From positions 79,943 to 143,942 of the forward strand of contig JAVVEA010000008.1 in NCBI GenBank assembly GCA_032250835.1: DNA of 64,000 nt. The letters are read 5' to 3'. Source of the DNA: a bacterium. Lineage in GTDB: Bacteria > SAR324 > XYD2-FULL-50-16. Each line of letters starts with the position of its first letter. Within the stretch, counting starts at the first letter, position 1. The notes under the pieces were generated by a model. The model saw only the letters and a list, made by a program, of their open reading frames with translations, did not search any database and had not been told where the DNA came from. Below are positions 60,557-64,000 of this stretch, one piece after another. The position numbers were made by a program, and so were the translations under genes.

Positions 60557-60913
60557 CTAGTCCCTTTGGGCATTAAGGTAGCTTTGTAACTGGGCCAGCC
60601 CCTGCTGGAAGCGGCTAACAATCAGCCGAACCGCCTCTTGGGCCGCCTCTTCGTTGTAGCTATGGGCCATCAGGTTGCGCGATTCCAGCATATCAATCCA
60701 GCATTGCCCGTCGGTGATGACTTCGGCCTTAAAGGCGAGCTTGACCGCCTCCCTGGGGGTTTTGACCCGCTCAAACCCTTGGTGTTCCAGATAGTCTTTC
60801 AGCAACTTCCAGCCCAACTCAAAACTAAACTCAAAGGCCTGCACCAAAGCCATCGGGTACAACTCGTTCTTAGGTTCGGCGTGGTGGGCTGCGGTGTGTT
60901 TAGCCCTAACCAA
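60557..60913 (-). pseudogene. HEPN (HI0074-type) toxin, probably 5'-truncated
   Basis: QAFEFSFELGWK-LKDYL, PRE, W-DM-ESRN--AHSY (RX4H); the usual first helix is absent and the TTG start has no clear RBS. Confidence 0.65.
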
Positions 60914-61412
60914 GAATTACCCAGTCCGTTCTCTCTAAAGACCGGCTATTAGCCCGAGTAGGCTTTTTCTAGGTCCTAAAAAGCAATTCTGCTGCCAGTT
61001 TTTTGATGTCAATTTATCTGGTAAACCACTGGAATGTACTTTGTTTGTACCTGTTTACTTTTCCTGTGACCTAGAAGGCAACGACCGAGCCGAACCTAGC
61101 CAGTTTAGTAGACCAACACTGGTATGGCTCGGGGGATTATGTAAAAAAGATATGAGGTATTTCTCGACTAAGTTATTGAGGTAAAATTTATTTTGTAGCA
61201 AAATTTAAATTGGATGCATCCCGCTCCTATGCCAATTCAGCTTTATCGACCTAAGGCCGCGTTCATAGTAGGGTGCAGATCAAGGCGTTGATAGGCTAAA
61301 ACCAGCCATTCAATGTTTCGGTTCCTTTTTAATAATCTTTTTTACGACGATAAGGCCACTTGTCTTAGGTTACTTTTCTAATAATTTGAAACTATTCTTT
61401 CACAGGAGACCT

Positions 61413-62372
61413 ATGGAAGGTTACATGTTTAATATATCAGAATCTATCAAGGAGAACCTTAACCAATTGTTTTTGAAAATTCATTCTTCACCACACAAAA
61501 AAGAGCAGTTTGGAAACTTCCTATCTCAAGCTGTTCAAGGTTTTGGAGAGGTATCGTTTGAGGTAATTGAGCGATTAATACATATTCGCGATTCAGCAGC
61601 GGACGGTTTTTTGATTGTGAGAAATCTCCCCACAGATCATGAAGTCCCTCTTACTCCCTATGATTGGAACGCAGTAACTGAAAAATCAACGCAAATAAGC
61701 GAAGCCTGTTTGGCTATGTTTTCAGGTATTCTAGGGCGGGCCTATAACTACCGGTCAGAGGGGGTTGACTCATTCTTTAGAAACATTGTGCCGATCCACC
61801 AAAAACACCCCAAGAATTTAAATACTTATTTCGGGGCTTATGGTCTTGGGATGCATACAGAACACGCATATCATCCGCTTCCGCCCGATTTTGTCCTGCT
61901 TTACTGCATACGCGGTGATCCTACAGCAGTGACGACCGTTTCAAATCTAAACTGTGCACTTGAAAACTTAAGTCAGAGAACCATTGCTTTATTACAGAGA
62001 GAAGATTTTAAGTTTACGGCCCCGGAATCCCTGTTCGACCAAATTCCAGAATGTGAACGTCTAAGCCCAGCTACCGCCATCCTGAGGAGAATAAACGGAA
62101 CCTTCGAGCTTCGCCTCAGATCGTTCAGTATGATTGCAGCCAACCAAGAGGCTCAGAAAGCTTTACTTCAACTCAACACAGAGCTTGACCGTTGTGCAGT
62201 CAGAATTTCTATGAAATCAGGAGACTTAATGGTCATTAATAATCGAAAATCATCGCACTCTAGGACTAAATACGACCCAAAATTTGACGGCAAAGACCGT
62301 TGGTTACAGCAACTATTTGTACGCAAGGAGATATGTTTAGATCACCCTGCGGTGGAGGATTTTTTCTTCTGA
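61413..62372 (+). CDS. Clavaminate-synthase-like Fe(II)/2-oxoglutarate oxygenase (TauD superfamily)
   Basis: GFLIVRNLP, MHTEH (HxE), PDFVLLYC-RGD, GDLMVINN--SSHSR, DGKDRWLQ; AGGAG RBS before ATG 61413. Confidence 0.88.
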   Translation: MEGYMFNISESIKENLNQLFLKIHSSPHKKEQFGNFLSQAVQGFGEVSFEVIERLIHIRDSAADGFLIVRNLPTDHEVPLTPYDWNAVTEKSTQISEACLAMFSGILGRAYNYRSEGVDSFFRNIVPIHQKHPKNLNTYFGAYGLGMHTEHAYHPLPPDFVLLYCIRGDPTAVTTVSNLNCALENLSQRTIALLQREDFKFTAPESLFDQIPECERLSPATAILRRINGTFELRLRSFSMIAANQEAQKALLQLNTELDRCAVRISMKSGDLMVINNRKSSHSRTKYDPKFDGKDRWLQQLFVRKEICLDHPAVEDFFF

Positions 62373-62434
62373 AAGGTTGCCCCTAAGGCCCCCATGATAG
62401 GCATAGTGCAGATAACATACAATTATCTTCAATT

Positions 62435-63676
62435 ATGCTTTCCGACCTTTTTAATTACGAGAAAGAGACATTTTTTAACTATATCAATTTGATAGGTAGC
62501 GCCAGTTATCCCCATCTCCCCACAATAGCTTACAAATCTCTTCCGTTCCAAACCGTACCTCATGAGCTGACTTACAGCTCAAGTTATTTTCCCCGAGCTG
62601 AAACAACTCGAATTCTCACAGATAAAGCAAATATTCTACTTCACGGTCTATTTGAAGGTAGCGAGGAATATGATTGCGACATCCAGCCCTGGTCGGGTAC
62701 GCAGGCAAACCAAATTGTTTTTAATGCCGTTCTGAAGCCTGGTGATCGAATTCTTGCGTTAGATCTGAAATCTGGGGGACACATCTCGTATCACAGCTTC
62801 AATAAACGTTTTTATAATCTAGATACTTATGAGTGCGGACCTGATGGCCTTATCGACTATACTGAACTTTGCGAAAAGATTCTCGCAGTAAAACCGCAAC
62901 TTGTTATTATTGGTGGGAGTTCTTACCCAAGGTCTTTTAAGTATGAAGCAGTCCATCAGTCTTGCCAAGAGGTTGGGAGTCTGCTCTTGGCCGACATTGC
63001 GCACCGCGACATCTATATCGCAGCAAAACTCCATGAATCGCCCTTCGGTTTTGCTGATTTTATCACGACCACGACCCATAAGGCGCTGCGTGGGCCGCGT
63101 GGCGGCATTATTTTGTATAAAGGAAAATTTGCACGGCAACTCAAAAATTCTGTTTTCCCTGTCATGCAAGGAGCACCGGACATAGCAAGCATGATCAGCA
63201 AAGTTAGCTGCCTGCAATTCAATACACCCGATGAGGTTCAACGCTTTGCGCTAAGCGCAAGGCACTCGATTGCGCGGTTCAAGGAGTTTTTTGAGTCCAA
63301 AAGATTTCCGCTAATATCCGATGGAACAGACACTCATTTGCTCTTAGTCGATATCCGTTGCACCGGAGAAACGGGGAAAGAGTTAGAACGGCTTCTGGAA
63401 AAAAACATGATTTTAATCAATCGAAATTGCATCCCCCAAGACCCGCTTAAAGCCAACTTGGCGTCTGGAATACGTCTGGGTTCCCTCGGTGTAGCCTCTT
63501 TAGGTTTTAATTCTGAAGAGTTGAATTTTGTTATTTCCCAACTAGAGCAGGTTTTTCAGGGACATCAAGCCGATGTGAGAAGGATTAAATCGCTGATTCA
63601 TGAGAAGGTGTCTCAATATTTAAAAGGTTGGGAAAATGGGATGAGTGAAGTCAAAATGCGGATGATAGGACAATGA
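62435..63676 (+). CDS. Serine hydroxymethyltransferase-like PLP enzyme (non-canonical)
   Basis: QPWSGTQAN, GGHIS, DIAH, TTTTHKALRGPRGG, GTDTHLLL, SGIRLG; N-terminal SHMT motifs altered. Confidence 0.88.
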   Translation: MLSDLFNYEKETFFNYINLIGSASYPHLPTIAYKSLPFQTVPHELTYSSSYFPRAETTRILTDKANILLHGLFEGSEEYDCDIQPWSGTQANQIVFNAVLKPGDRILALDLKSGGHISYHSFNKRFYNLDTYECGPDGLIDYTELCEKILAVKPQLVIIGGSSYPRSFKYEAVHQSCQEVGSLLLADIAHRDIYIAAKLHESPFGFADFITTTTHKALRGPRGGIILYKGKFARQLKNSVFPVMQGAPDIASMISKVSCLQFNTPDEVQRFALSARHSIARFKEFFESKRFPLISDGTDTHLLLVDIRCTGETGKELERLLEKNMILINRNCIPQDPLKANLASGIRLGSLGVASLGFNSEELNFVISQLEQVFQGHQADVRRIKSLIHEKVSQYLKGWENGMSEVKMRMIGQ

Positions 63677-63960
63677 AAATACTTGGAATTGGCGGTTCAG
63701 ATCACGATTTTAGCGCAGCACTGGCGGTCAACGGGCAAGTGAAGATTGCGATTAGCGATGAACGGATCAACCGGTTGAAACATGGCAGGGGTGACCTCTT
63801 CAGTCTCCCGCTTCAACCATCCATTCAATACTGTTTAAAGGATCAAGCTTTGGAACTCTCTGAAGTAGATCAAATTGTGGGCAATAAGCACCTCGAAAAG
63901 CGTTGTTTTGACCAAAACCTCCCAAGTATAGTGGACCCACTTGTCCAGACAACTTTTTGA
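63673..63960 (+). pseudogene. CmcH/NodU-type carbamoyltransferase, N-terminal fragment (interrupted)
   Basis: MKILGI...HDFSAAL--NG----AISDER-NR-KH; stops after 95 aa inside an IS-like end. Confidence 0.8.
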
Positions 63961-64000
63961 TTAGACGATCTTCCTGATCTTTTTTTCTAAGCAATCTTCA
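63927..64000 (-). mobile_element. Probable terminal inverted repeat and transposase tail of an IS3-family element
   Basis: TATAGTGGACCCACTTGTCCAGACA resembles IS3/IS150-type ends; a minus-strand frame ends ...EDCLEKKIRKIV* just inside it. Confidence 0.55.

Larger units (their letters stand above)
60900..64000. other. AT-rich genomic island (continues beyond window)
   Basis: Abrupt compositional shift after about 60.9 kb; truncated HEPN gene at the junction; accessory enzyme genes. Confidence 0.75.

Noticed and set aside
62435-63676. Gene symbol glyA
   Set aside because: Canonical N-terminal SHMT motifs are altered and the gene lies in an accessory island

Overview
Bacterial chromosomal segment of moderately high GC, probably from a diderm organism of broadly deltaproteobacterial type (inferred from gene content only). 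The backbone is housekeeping: map, leuS, rsgA, gloA, leuCD-cimA, leuB, heme O synthase/PCuAC/SCO, mpl, ridA, polA, rpsA, galE, mlaEFD, glgP and tkt. Accessory or unexplained blocks are interspersed. (1) Three tandem paralogous 2-TM/zinc-ribbon orphan genes sit next to a c'-type cytochrome. (2) A lipoprotein carries three Cys/DxED repeats resembling the animal apextrin C-terminal (ApeC) domain. (3) A VapBC + HigBA islet is bracketed by an 86/92-bp degenerate direct repeat. (4) A TPR gene is bracketed by a 16-bp direct repeat. (5) A hybrid sensor lacking its H-box precedes three paralogous TPR lipoproteins. (6) A mosaic intergenic repeat follows rpsA. (7) An M23 protein has lost all its zinc ligands. 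(8) At the right end, an AT-rich island encodes a clavaminate-synthase-like oxygenase, a non-canonical SHMT-like enzyme and a carbamoyltransferase apparently cut by an IS3-like end. No tRNA, rRNA or CRISPR array was recognised. All family assignments are motif recognition by eye; no database search was run.
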